A stretch of DNA of 64,000 bases from a virus: positions 52,793-116,792 of IMG/VR virus record IMGVR_UViG_3300017783_000003. The stretch is one strand, 5' to 3'. The notes under the pieces were generated by a model that worked only from the letters and a program-made list of their open reading frames with translations, did not search any database and was not told where the DNA came from. Shown piece after piece: positions 26,001 through 36,000 of the stretch. Position 1 is the stretch's first letter. Each line of letters opens with the position of its first letter. The translations under genes were made by a program, and so were the position numbers.

Positions 26001-28044
26001 AGATACTACTATCAGAATTGTCAATACGTTTGATCTTGGTATCAACTACGACATTATCGTATCTAAGCAGATTGTTTCTGAAACTGACTACGATTTCTCT
26101 TCTGTAACATCACTGAAGACTACTGTTACTAAGACAGTCAACTCTCAGGATCAGTTTATTAATGTAGTACAACGTGAACTTGACTTTACTGAGTTTAATC
26201 ACTCTATCGTTATTACCGCTGAAGTTAATGACATCGATTCAATCACTTCAGTTCTACCTGGAGTTGAGGAAGTAAATCGATTTATTGTTTCTACTTACGC
26301 CACAAGTGAGTCTGATATCAAGGCATTTAATACTGAGTGGAAACAAACTGCACAACTGACTCAACGTGGTGCAATTGAAGATAATGTATCACTAATTAAT
26401 GTAACATCTGATGTCCCAACTCTCAATGTTGAGGTTCTTCAGATTGAGACCCTCACCGAAATTCAGAAGATTACTCATACCCGTGTAACTCTTTCTGAAA
26501 GGGAAGAAGTACTTGAGGCACTAACTTCTGCGTCTGTAGTTGGCGTAGAGGTCACTGGCGTTGGTGTGGAAGGAATTGTATCTTCCGCTAGAATTGATAC
26601 CAATGCCGTTAGAGAGTCTCTCAAAGTTTTGAGACTTGATATTAATCATGAATTAGTAATCTCAACAGAAGTGGTTAGAGATCCATTTGAAACTGACTAT
26701 CAGCAGACTGTTACATCCAACTTCTTTAGAGTTGAATATGAAGCAACTGTAGTACAAGGCGGCGTAGACATCTATGCCGATCCATCTGTTAAAGTAGTAA
26801 GTAGTCAACATATCATCAAACCTCAAGTTGATATTGCAACTAATAGTCAGGTTACTACTACAATCCAAAGCATTAACAAGCAGGTTACTATCAAACCCGC
26901 TGATTCTATTATGGCGGTGGAGGTTGAATACGGAATTACCCGTGTCTTCTACTTCAATGCACCTCCATTAGAACTTGCTTCTATTGAAGAAGTTACAATT
27001 ACTGGTGTTGATAGGCAAATTTCAGTTGGTACAATAGTAAGAGAAAGTGCTGAAAGTATTCTTTCTTCACAGACTACTGCAGTTAATGATAATTTGAGTG
27101 CTATTGCAAGCACAGTCGTTTCCTCAAATTATGAAACTCATCATACAGTTGCAAATACTGTTACATATGACATTGATACGACGATTAGAGCATCCTCTAC
27201 TACCATCACGGATCAGGTAGATTCCTTAGATACTACATCTTCATTGATGACAGTTTCTAAGACTGCTGAGATCCCTGCGTTCTTCACTATTGAACCTACA
27301 GTCTTCTCTAGACTTACCGCAACATCATCAAATATTGTTGCTACTACACGACCAGATGAGATTCAGCATACCATTAGTATTACTACTGGTCTTGCTGCAG
27401 ATGAAGATCAGCAAGGTGCATCTAGAGAAATTGATTACGAAATTGGTATTCTCGACTTCTTCACTGAACTATATGTTCTACCTCCGAAGATCAAGACGAG
27501 AAATCAAGGCGAGTTTGACCTTGGCGATCCTATCAATGAGGTCTTCACTAGAGAGCAAGGAATTATTCTTGTTCTTAACGCCAATAGAGCCCGTGAGGAG
27601 TTCTATGATGGATACACAGTGGGTAATGCAGGATTTACTATGACAGGATTTGAAAATAACATGATGATTGATACTGGTGCTTTTAGAGTATCAGGTGATA
27701 TCGCTGCTATCACTATGATGTTCCCTGATATGACTATTCAGGACTTCACCGAAAGGCGTAGTTCTGCTGTAACCATGACTGGAGAACGCTTCAATATGGG
27801 TATTCCAACTATTAATGAGATTGGATCGGTTCTTTCCGCATCTATTACAAATGAGACAAGTTTGGATATAAATAATGCGGGTCCCTTCCCAGATTCTGGA
27901 CTAATTCTCATTGGAACTGAATTGATTAAGTATACCAGCAAGTCTGGCAATACATTGCAAGATCTAACAAGAGGATATGAGGGAACCGTTTCTGTGGGTC
28001 ATTCCGCAGGAGACTATGTGAGAACATTTGGATCTTCTAGTTGA
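17083..28044 (+). CDS. g7: giant baseplate wedge initiator gp7-like protein (3653 aa)
   Basis: LIESQLPAFI, FYKSKGT, DSYFYQDYSYVVRS, HPAGFKLFG; YHYH-like domain HSPIIGWAYDGNPIYGPY; lies between g6 and g8. Confidence 0.85.
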   Translation: MASVTTRNISTLIESQLPAFIASEYESFSKFVEKYYEHLETRGGPLDIITNVTKYRDINFYEKNLLKQTTKVTQFVQEAATTITVEDASSFPEENGYIKIGNEICLYKSRTDTEFLEVSRGISGNTTLGDLYGESNFVTTQAEPHYVNNEVYNISNLFLYALVKNFESQYLGGFPEKYLKGEVDKRTLIKNISSFYKSKGTDKSIKFIFNAIVAKDEEDIPEVYNPKDYTLKASTSDWISNYSLKVKILFGDSQNLVGRKIVQRNQDNYASAVVDAVRYGGANGVFEVILSPSSINGNFDIAAQTTLKTDVNVGAGEGDRVDVGSTTGWTGKQGTFVINTENFTFNDKNVTQFILSGRSNPNTTHIAGTPVYSGDSITAETENGIISLLALGLVYNINPSSPQPYSTSGDKVQISKPGFESVHPAIDGSDWFVNYNYRKAFSPLNSAISSVINNLNSDVSAIYEDDQYFYICSTGYPHHAILKETSPVNLVDGKLLKLIRKYPSNTTEIYETSKRDVAIFLDGSTAFGYRDNDEIAVGKIVSTNLVNKGVGYQSAPFVLINNEPYKATAIVAGEVIQSIRIDEEEVYNADPEITITSGRGAKVKPIVTSGEITSIIVTEPGEYYSSPPQIRIFDALGKGSFAEFEAVLTTDGRLASCKKINGGRLYNRNTLIVDIVSVGSGAYAEASVKRWIKDRYKLHFSELDDNNGLTVDEYSGRGKQYAVIANPGNLRYRLGDNINNVLSENPAPHTHSPIIGWAYDGNPIYGPYAYSNPGDANSTIARMNSGYVLQNNRVNGPDINQYEVGTFIDDWKWTPSVNSGKTELDANNGRFCVTPEYPSGTYAYFISIDANGDPKFPYILGSNFYSLPVDSNYNSKMSQDDLPKNVRRLRSDTLDVNGIDTLATIADVIKGNINKAYADASAETFSIGSELFVDNDGSGGSGAKALVSEVTGEPVVNLESIDTKATIIDTVTSAYFFAGDTVYQGEGVTQTELITDNRVVTAFEFSSSPDVKVVNDLILQPPDGEFRVIKEIVSDIVQGEVIGDVVNNNRVVLRNVQGTFDSTIPIFAAIKVVNLLLETDATYSQGATLSLINDESGLTFATGKVVDGTFKQNSVKIRIQTGDFFNDEGYTVKSDVLEDTSKSIVISTSSLSENIQVVSTNDNVAMIQTIGEHNLGEGDKVNVNIFPEDNETTTTYYVRKRLYQTVKIDSISISSNIKDTGIGRFDLMNSGSGYQEGSYSNVELYFQDQTKVRRNIGRPGDPNNARANITVYNLGGGFGRVSFIELVNKGSDYRKGDILTVDDEILNRSPDTTSSQRLTLFVDHSGFGADETILNVSSATDISNEDVLRIGREIVKVTAVNRQDNQLTVIRGENNTDAIDHYNNQPLEIEESSYKLDTNYQPLGSDINKPYVVNYDESTRTLITAFNYTTASPITFLQSSIFFDQNVPSKFVRIKSIEESQYKLEFSTDNINFTVNPQIEVQKYYNYVFDTSHPSMNNTFLDFSASVNYNLLTSEKSVSTNLPGTAGAFVSLKLGFGPNISTNTYENEVPVNFNNYYYFIKASDNVNTDGASLKVIQDPLAGEQRVVYSTSNRFVYELSSIPQFDGTGNVSYTTSGAFAIGNISNIGIIDTGSNYTELPICKGVLPTITYQAETETIIDTSNGSIGSVRVINQGVNYSKPIALVTNGDGTGARFDCLIENGKIKSILTLNGGRDYTFAEVKVFESDVDIFFTSNNIGIPKNAKIIRSGYGYTSDYTTLPKFTSTLVLALKDFGDTVFFSGEEIKQYVDGVVVAKGRVTKNGWRIGSNLLKLENVVGIFRENSLIEGFYSGKSATIVKQIATDFTSDLRTYSDNLGRYNSERGHLSKNSQKLADSYFYQDYSYVVRSKSSIDVWRDLIKETTHPAGFKLFGEMIIESEAQSAMPQESRVIETHSFINLEPKNISVVDTKKFVKQSIILSTGLNIQRGIGSVSVDTFDTGETVAKELILDRPFNGDYNEDSGVLFGDTVYTLIDPREGTAYTPYSENGLIVTIDGVLQEPGVSFTIDRNKIVFSEPPLGLRIAEGQEVVAQKFYCLSIKFKDNKLNDQYIRKIASISDQFDGSKTLFSLYNEDGTIVKTLPNEKLIVTLNGVLQRARKDEENPFGNSYAIIRSVDPNRTDQIQFTEPPISHGELYESTDDINIAEKCFIYSVGSYTRLVIDEKTIKYRGQGPFLLRDEVTNDVVKVDSPEYAVVFVDGVLQIPGKSYNIVGPTITFDAPLSYYEEEDGTFFPQKVDILLLYGRDKEKSLTFFDYEPDTFLAEATVKISNALSDASSSSDLGNLENWFINRVPNDVKLNQKNDTLGKIKRVAFEDEVIDGTAYRTLSLLIVTPYFFDLKYGSDDLDFYFDDPKTGSTIILPIENGFLPGPGNIPTQVRSVSFQTDSDGNPELGLDLPSWLKGTELGYQAYLNKSSLYANLSIGDLIRIDGEKTYREVLDLPDKVKSKQFNKNEYLSSDIYANIKTTNYNDIVRGAGLAITAEIDANGSVTKLNWNRRDLNLYFENDILIQSSAYQYFTPPIVEFIPTTNAGGGAKAQVIATGGNIIDLVLLEGGYGYEEVPRVRVARGFDRIKGNTRTIKSTSILDISPPISFPADPGARNSSSGGGGESGRGTGTYLATYTEVVISQTGEAGESLFIYVDLSSVVGNLDTTKQITIIPAAGATTVSMPSASINESEVAFTGIEKSVSSSVRVFQPAEINIFTDPVPFSGVQQVESTATVSDVSTQITTTLPATVITEAVYQVDTASINDVGAFLDAPVEIDDTIIFVPNTRRFPQASRLLIGKEIVTYTKTKQDRFMYVERGTFGTTAEFHNAGDYLRHLPELISVIPIGNIEVFTIETSVRVQESHTQATTVTATSFSDVKSVSELEFTTQIERETQIEEKYEGFFVSEEVIVIPPEFITPTITTIHNSKSEVKSVIPPAGIEGAVSSGVVTLEDTTIRIVNTFDLGINYDIIVSKQIVSETDYDFSSVTSLKTTVTKTVNSQDQFINVVQRELDFTEFNHSIVITAEVNDIDSITSVLPGVEEVNRFIVSTYATSESDIKAFNTEWKQTAQLTQRGAIEDNVSLINVTSDVPTLNVEVLQIETLTEIQKITHTRVTLSEREEVLEALTSASVVGVEVTGVGVEGIVSSARIDTNAVRESLKVLRLDINHELVISTEVVRDPFETDYQQTVTSNFFRVEYEATVVQGGVDIYADPSVKVVSSQHIIKPQVDIATNSQVTTTIQSINKQVTIKPADSIMAVEVEYGITRVFYFNAPPLELASIEEVTITGVDRQISVGTIVRESAESILSSQTTAVNDNLSAIASTVVSSNYETHHTVANTVTYDIDTTIRASSTTITDQVDSLDTTSSLMTVSKTAEIPAFFTIEPTVFSRLTATSSNIVATTRPDEIQHTISITTGLAADEDQQGASREIDYEIGILDFFTELYVLPPKIKTRNQGEFDLGDPINEVFTREQGIILVLNANRAREEFYDGYTVGNAGFTMTGFENNMMIDTGAFRVSGDIAAITMMFPDMTIQDFTERRSSAVTMTGERFNMGIPTINEIGSVLSASITNETSLDINNAGPFPDSGLILIGTELIKYTSKSGNTLQDLTRGYEGTVSVGHSAGDYVRTFGSSS

Positions 28045-28052
28045 TTTATCAT

Positions 28053-28066
28053 TATAAATATAAATA
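28053..28066 (+). promoter_or_regulatory. T4-type late promoter (tandem)
   Basis: TATAAATATAAATA upstream of g8. Confidence 0.75.
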
Positions 28067-28101
28067 ACCAAATACAAAAACGTTTCTAAGAGAGATTTTC
28101 A

Positions 28102-29931
28102 ATGGCCGCAATTATTTCAGATAAATTTCGCATTTTTAATGCGAAACAATTCCTAGAATCTCTATCTGAAGGCTCCTCCGATACGGGCAACGAGCGTACA
28201 AGAATGTACTTCTTTGTTGGTCGTCCTCAACGCTGGGATGCTTACGTAGAGATCTATAACCAGAACGACACAGCTTTCGTAGCAGGTAACGAAGTTTATG
28301 TTGGTGCTAACTATGCTGCTGCAACCTTTAAAGGTGTAGTAAGAGCAGTATACGAAGATTCCATTTTACTTTACAACATCGGACCTTCTACTACTAGCGT
28401 ACCTGCAGCAGGTTCAACCCTTAAGGGTTACAATGGCACTGCAGACACTAATGCTGAAGCTATTTCTGGTGTTTACCGCTATGCTACCGAGGACGTTCCC
28501 CCCGTACCTCTCGACAACCAAAAAGAAAAATTCGATCTGTACGACGACATCATCGCTGCTAAGCGTATTACTGATGACTTCGCCCGTGCAGTTATCCGTC
28601 GCTATAACTGGGATCTAGTTGCTAATCCTAAGTTCGACATGTGGAAACCTGACTATTCCTCTACTCCTGGTAGCGGTGGTCAAATTGGTAAAACTGCAGC
28701 AACTGGCGCTACATCTATTGGTGAAGCGAAGTTCTATGTAATCAACTCCCAGTACGAAGTATTCAAGTGCCTCTATAACGGCGAGAATCCTTCCAATCCT
28801 TCTGGTCAGAACGCAACCGACGAACCCAAGACTACACCTTCTGCTGGTCAAGGTTCGTATGCTAGCAATATCTTCACCGAAGAAGCTGGCAATGCTGGTT
28901 ATATCTGGAAGTATATGTACACCATTCCTACGAATGATGTTCTTCGCTTCCTCTCTACTGACTTCATGCCTATTGTTGCTGCTTCGGATCCAACCCGTCA
29001 AGCAACTGAAGCAGCAGCAGTCAATGGCAGCATTGACGTTGCTCTAGTAGAATCCGCTGGTGCTAACCTCCCCAACGTTATCCACTATGCTCCTGTCCTC
29101 GGTGATGGAACTGGTGGTAAGGTCAAGATTGTTGTAACTGCTCAGGCAATCACTGCAGCAACACTTGAAGATGCTGGTTCTGGATACACCTACGCATCTG
29201 TAGCACTTAAGACTGGTACTGGTTCTGGTGCTACTGCATACGGTATCTTCAGCGATTCTGCTTTGACTAGTAGTGTAACTGTCGGAAGTACCGCATCTGG
29301 TGCTGTTGAAGTTGTTCTTCCTCCCCAAGGTGGACATGGTTCTGACATGGAGTTGGAATTGAACGCTAAGCGTATCATGACCAATATCCGTCTAACCTAT
29401 GCTGAAGGTTCTGGTGACTTCCCCGTTGACAACGACTTCCGTCGTATCGGCATCCTCAAGGATCCATATGTCTTCGGCAGCACAACCTTCGCAACTGTTG
29501 ATACCGTTAACGGTCTGTATGCAGTCAAGTTGAACAGTGCTTCTTCTAACTACCAGCCTGATGAAACTATCGAGCAGACTGTAGCAGGTGGTACTGCTAA
29601 AGGTACTGTTGTTTCCTGGACCCTTGACAGTGGTTCAACCACTGAAGGTGTTCTGAAGTACATCCAGTCTCCCGACCTCCACGCAGACAACGGCGTTGTT
29701 CGTGCGTTTGAGAGTGATGCAGGTAACTCAGTCAATGGTGGAACTTCTCTAACTGCAGCAACCGTTGACACTGCTGATAACAGCAATGTCCTTGGAGTTC
29801 AGTTTGCAAGTGGTCTTGCAAACCCCGAGATTGCTGCCAACTCTGGTGAGATGATCTACGTCGAGAACCGTCGTTTGATCACCCGTGCTCCTGACCAGAT
29901 TGAAGACATCAAACTTGTCATCGAGTTCTGA
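28102..29931 (+). CDS. g8: baseplate wedge subunit gp8
   Basis: MAAIISDKFRIFNA, VFKCLYN, YIWKYMYTI, FLSTDFMPI, NDFRRIGI, YVENRRLITRAPDQIEDIKLVIEF. Confidence 0.93.
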   Translation: MAAIISDKFRIFNAKQFLESLSEGSSDTGNERTRMYFFVGRPQRWDAYVEIYNQNDTAFVAGNEVYVGANYAAATFKGVVRAVYEDSILLYNIGPSTTSVPAAGSTLKGYNGTADTNAEAISGVYRYATEDVPPVPLDNQKEKFDLYDDIIAAKRITDDFARAVIRRYNWDLVANPKFDMWKPDYSSTPGSGGQIGKTAATGATSIGEAKFYVINSQYEVFKCLYNGENPSNPSGQNATDEPKTTPSAGQGSYASNIFTEEAGNAGYIWKYMYTIPTNDVLRFLSTDFMPIVAASDPTRQATEAAAVNGSIDVALVESAGANLPNVIHYAPVLGDGTGGKVKIVVTAQAITAATLEDAGSGYTYASVALKTGTGSGATAYGIFSDSALTSSVTVGSTASGAVEVVLPPQGGHGSDMELELNAKRIMTNIRLTYAEGSGDFPVDNDFRRIGILKDPYVFGSTTFATVDTVNGLYAVKLNSASSNYQPDETIEQTVAGGTAKGTVVSWTLDSGSTTEGVLKYIQSPDLHADNGVVRAFESDAGNSVNGGTSLTAATVDTADNSNVLGVQFASGLANPEIAANSGEMIYVENRRLITRAPDQIEDIKLVIEF

Positions 29932-29953
29932 TCTTTTCAAACATATCTTTCAG

Positions 29954-29982
29954 ATCCCCCGAGAAATCGGGGGATTTTTTTT
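29954..29982 (+). terminator. intrinsic terminator
   Basis: ATCCCCCGA-gaaa-TCGGGGGAT then T-run. Confidence 0.88.
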
Positions 29983-29990
29983 ATCCCTGC

Positions 29991-29996
29991 TAAATA
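29991..29996 (+). promoter_or_regulatory. T4-type late promoter
   Basis: TAAATA 40 nt before the VrlC-like gene. Confidence 0.65.
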
Positions 29997-30035
29997 ATAG
30001 AGGGAAACAGGATCAACTAGAGAGACTCATTTACG

Positions 30036-33000
30036 ATGCCACAGAAGACTAACCTAAACGTATCTCCATATTTTGATGATTTTGATACTGACAAGAATTT
30101 TTACAAGGTTCTTTTTAGACCTGGATATTCTGTGCAAACTAGGGAATTAACATCCCTACAGTCTATCCTACAAAACCAAATAGAAAGTTACGGTAAATAT
30201 CGATTTAAACAAGGACAATTAGTAATACCTGGCGAAGTGGGTTTGAACAACAGACTCAATTTTGTCAAGCTTTCTTCTGTTTCCGAAGTTGCTGTAAATG
30301 AAAACGGTGCTATTGTCTACAAAAAATATGACATTAAGCAACTAATCGGATCCACCTTGAGAGGCATCAACTCTGGAGTCTCTGCTGTAGTTGTTGAAGT
30401 TAAATATGCAACAGAAGAATCTGCAGATCTCATTTTTGTAAATTACATCAACAGTGGCGATGATGGGAATGAATCCACTTTCAGACAAGGCGAAACTTTA
30501 GAAGTTGTTGGTGGTGTCAATACTCCCCTGTTAGTTGTTGGTACTGACGGAAGTGTATTGCCAACATCAATTCAAATTATTGATCCTGATACTGGAGATA
30601 ATTCTTCTCTCAGCAGTCCTGCAATGGGATATGCAACTGCATTAAAAGTAGAAGAAGGTATTTACTTTGTTAATGGATTTTTTGTTCGCAATGACGAACA
30701 ATTAATTGTTCTCAATAATTACTACGATAAAGCCTCTGTTAAAGTAGGATTTGCTATTGTAGAAGATATTATTACTCCAGAAGAAGATGCTTCTTTGTAT
30801 GATAATGCAAGAGGATACTCAAACTCTTCTGCCCCTGGTGCTCACCGACTTAAAATTAAATTAGAACTTAAGAAGTTTGAATATAAGGCACTAACAGATA
30901 AAAATTTTATTCAGATTATTCAGATCAAGAATGGTGTAGTTGAAAAGCAAATTAAACCTGCAGACTATACTCTTCTTGAAGAAACTTTAGCAAGAAGAAC
31001 TTATGACGAATCTGGCGACTATGTAGTTAAAGATTTTACTATTGATACTAGAGAGTATTATCAACGTAATGGAAACAATGGTATTTACAAGCAAGGAGAT
31101 AATGGACTTGTAAAGGGTCTTTCTGCAACAGAAGCAGAAACAAAACTTGTTGTTAGTGTAAGTCCTGGTAAAGCATACGTACGTGGATTTGAAATTGTCA
31201 ACAAAGAAGTCAAATATCTTACTATTGAGAAAGCTAGAGATACTTTAACTAGAGATAATGTAACTGTTAAATCTAGAGGTGCTTCTGCATTTAAAGTTAG
31301 TAACGTATATGGAACTGTACCTCTCAATACTGTTGCTGGAGAACTGAGTGCATATCCAGACGTATATTTGAATGCAGTATTTAATGATGGTAGTATTGGT
31401 TTTAATGGTCTAGAAGAAGAAACTAGTTATAAATTTACTACCTCCAGACGTGCAATTGAGTTTGGATTGGATAAGGGTCTCAAGACCATTATGATTAACG
31501 TTACTGAGGGTAATGCAGATCCAGTAGTAAAATCAGACTTCCCAACTAAACTATGGTATGTAAAATCTAGAAGTGGTAGTACACCAACGTCTGCTGGGTA
31601 TATTGATATTGTAGCATTCTCTAATGCAAACGATATTAATGTTGCAGGCACAACTTCATATTTTGTTGAAGCAACTATCTATGGAGAAAGATCTGTTCTG
31701 GATGAGTATTTTGTTGAGTATGATGAAGGTGATCCATCCAAGTATAGAATTTTGTATAAAACTGAAGCGGATGTTCTGCCTCCAGAAGGATACACCCCAG
31801 AGCTTTCTTATGGTAGATTGGTTTCATATACAAACACAATTACCCCTACTATTGGTGTAGTAAAACCAAAAGATTTCAGTCTATCTGATAGACCTGACGG
31901 ATTTAGTCAAGACACAGATAAAATTATTTCCAGAGGAAAATCTGGTGTAAACGCACAACCATATAGTGGTATCTTCAATTTTGGATACTTTAATCCAACA
32001 TTCTTTACTAGAATAACCTTAGAGACCACACCAGCAGAAGGATTTGGATCTGGTAAATATATCTACGGCAAGACCAGTAATGCTGTTGGAGTCATTGAGA
32101 ATGATCTAAGTTCTAACTATAGTAGTGGTTCTAAATTATTTGTCACAACAATTGCAGGTCAGTTCCATTCGGGAGAAACCATTTTTGATGAGCAAGGATT
32201 CTCAATCAAAATTGCAAAAGACAATACAATTTCCCACTTCATTTGCACAAAGCGTGGTACTGGATATGGTAGCGACGACTCTACCAGTCTTTTTATCAAT
32301 GGCAATGAGATCAATAATTCTAAAGTAGCACCAAGAACTTCTGGTCAAGGAATTTATAGAATCGAAGTTCTAGATCGTTCTGCTCTTAGAGAAACTTTTA
32401 TTGCACCACCACAAGTTAAAGCATTCCCAATTCAAGAATCTGCGGCAAACAATCCATCAGTTATTCCAGTTCTGTATAAGAATACTGTTCTAACTTACAC
32501 CCCGCAGAATGTCAAATCTCTGCAGTCTACTTATAATAATTACAAATTTACTGCAGACGTTGATTTTTCTAAAACAAAATATTCAGATTATAGACCTATC
32601 ACCAACTTTAGTTTCTCTGGTAAGCAGGGTTCTAAATTCCTTGAGTGTAGTGGTTTTGGAGCAAATCTATCTAAAGACCTTATTCAAGGTGATATCATTC
32701 AGTATACTGATGGCGATGATAATATTGTCAAGAATATTGTTCAATGGACTAGTGATGCAGAAGGTACAGTTAAATCTAGAATCTATTTAACTTATTCATT
32801 GAGAGATGATGTTACAAACATTTCTGTTGTTAGAGTAAGACCTTTAGTATCTAATGTAAATGCTTCATTAATTTTTCCAACTGGAAGTAAGCAAATTGCA
32901 TCTCTAGTTAGAGATAGTTCTGATACAAAAATTAAATACTATGTTAGAAAAGATTTTACTTCTGATCTAAATGCTGCTGGCGGTGTCATCACCTTCACAG

Positions 33001-36000
33001 CACAACTTCCTGTAGGATTCCAAAGATTTGTTGCTTTTAATGAAAATGCTTATGTTCTCACAGTTCTAGAAAAAGGAGATTCTGATGTTGTAGAAACTGG
33101 TGATATTGTATACATTGATCCTAAATTTGTATCTATTAATTCATCTACTTCAGATAGCACAGGAGTAACAGCAGGTTCTCTTGTTATCCAAATGCCACAG
33201 AACTTCTTTGGTATTGGTCTCACCGTATATCCAAAATTAAAACTTACTGCTAGTGTTGAGATTGATCAAGCTAAACCAAGACTCAAGACTGCTATCAGAA
33301 ACCAAAGGATCGTTATAATCTCTGGCGGAGACCGTGTTATTCCTTTGCGTGGTTCTGACTATGATGGTGTGGCAACCGCCATTCTTTCATATTCAGACGC
33401 ATTCAAACTAAGATATGTTTATGAAGGTTCTTCAACTACACCACCTGATGTAGATTCTGCGGGTAATCTTATTAGTGGAACCGATGTAACTTACAAGTTC
33501 TCATTCGATGATGGTCAAAGAGATACCTTGTATGATGTTTCGAGATTGGTTCTTAAACCAGGATTTGAATCCACCCAAGGTCAACTTGTCGTTGCATTTG
33601 ATTATTTTGAACATTCTTCAGGAGATTTCTGTACTGTAGATTCCTATACTCATGAAGCAGGTGTAGAAGGTAGTGAAGTTCCTTCATTCAACTCTTCTGT
33701 ACATGGCATCGTCTCACTAAAAGATGTTCTTGACTTTAGACCTAAAGTAGATTCTTCTACTACTGTTACAGGTTTCCAAGATGTCTCTATACTGTCTAAT
33801 CCTTCTGGTGCTAGTTACATTAACTTTACTGGGGACTCTGGTGTTACCGCTTTAACTCCAGCATCTGATCCTGGATTAGAGTACAGCATGTCCTTCAGTG
33901 AAACTCAATACTTAGATCGTATTGATGGTATCTTCTTAAATAAAAAAGGAGAATTTGTTGTTAAGAAAGGAAATGCTTCTCTAAATCCAGCAAAACCAGA
34001 TAACGTAGATGATGCTATTACTATTGCATATCTACATATTCCAGCGTTCACTAAGAGCAACAAAGATGTTCGTATCGTTCCCGTAGATAACCGTCGTTAT
34101 ACGATGCGTGACATCGGTAAATTAGAGAAGCGTATTGAACGTTTAGAGTATTACACTACTCTCAGTATTCTAGAGCAACAAACTCTTAATATGCAGATTA
34201 AGGATACTGTTGGTTTCGACAGATTCAAGTCTGGTTTTATTGTTGATAATTTTGAAGGTCATGGAATTGGTAATATCATTTCCGAAGACTACAAATGTTC
34301 TATTGACACCCAACAGTCTGTTTTACGTCCATCCGTAAAAGAGAACAGTATTAATCTTAGAGAAGTTAATACTAGAAATGATCAAAGATTAATCTCTGGA
34401 TATGTAAATAACTCTAATGTTATTACTTTACCATATACTTCTCTAAAATTACTTGGTAATGAATTTGCTACAAAAACTATTAATCCAAATCCTTTCGTAG
34501 TTATTCAATACGTAGGTGACTGCAGTATCTCCCCAACCATTGATCAATGGTACAACACAGATATTGCACCTCTTGCTCTAAACACAAATACAAATCATTA
34601 CGCTATTTTCCAGGCAAAAAATGATGTTAGAGACGCTATTGGAAGCATCTTTAATTCGTTCATTGTTAATTGGACTGGTTCTGATTCTTCATTGATGTCA
34701 ATTAACTCATTCGCAACAGTTACTTCAGACAAAGTTGAATCTTTCGTTCAAAAAGCAAACATTGCTAGTTCTTCTAACGTAAGTCCACAAAACAATGAGA
34801 TTGCTAAAGGTGTAACCACCAAGACTGTTAATGGAGTTAAAGTTTCTTCTTCCTTAGAGTTCTTTGCACGTTCTATTCCAGTCTTCTTTAAAGTACAAAG
34901 ATTAAAAGCAGATACTAAATTAAATGTATACATTGATGGAAGAAGTGTAAATCCATGGGTAGTACCCGATAGCAACTTCAGTGGCATTGCAGGAAACTCT
35001 CTCACCACATTTGGTTCCGAACTTAAAACTAACAGCAATGGTGATCTAAGTGGTATGATTCTTATCCCATCTGGTTATGAACCAGTATCTAATTCTAGAT
35101 GGTATGGAAATTCTGACAATGTAGATTATAATCTTGCTTCCGAAGAAATCTATATTGCTGCTGGCGAGAAAACAATTACATTTACAGATACTGATAACTA
35201 TGATAACAAATCCGAGTCCAACTCGTATGCTGACGTAATATTCTATTCCACTGGAATCATTCCAGAAAATCCCTCATCTATTGTTTCTACCACAGCAGCA
35301 TACTTCAAAGCAAATGAAGGTGTTCAGTCTGTAAATAGTAACACTGATAAAGAAGTAAAACCAAACCCACTTGCCCAAACTTTCAAAATTGAAAACTTTA
35401 GTGGTGGTTGTTTCACAACTGGCATTGATCTGTTCTTCAAGAACAAAGATACTTCTATTCCAATTAAGACTTATCTAACCAATGTTGATACTGGAAAACC
35501 AGGCAAGCATGTAATTCCAGGTTCTACTTCAATTAAGTATCCAGAAACATATCTCAAAATTTTCGTAACTGGAGATAATGATACAATCTCTATTAAGAAA
35601 AATGAGTTTGTAAAAGGTTCTGCCACAAATGCTTCTGGTCCTATCCTAAGAGTTTTTGATAAGAACAATATTCAAGTTGGTGACGAAAATTCACTACAGT
35701 TCCAATTAAACAAAGAACAAGTATATACACTTATTTTAGAAAATCATAATGGAATTTCCTTTATTGCTAACGAGCAACTTATTATTCCTTCTGTTACTGA
35801 ATACAACAATACTAGAAATAAGGAAGTCTTAATTAACATTGCCAAAGATTCTGGAAAACTTGTTGAATTACAAGTAGAACAGACTGGATCTAATTATGAA
35901 ACTGCAGCAATAACTATCGAAAGTCCACAACTTCCAGGTGGATCTACTGCTACAGGTAACATATATGTATCCGATGGTCAGATTTATTCTTCTGAACTAG

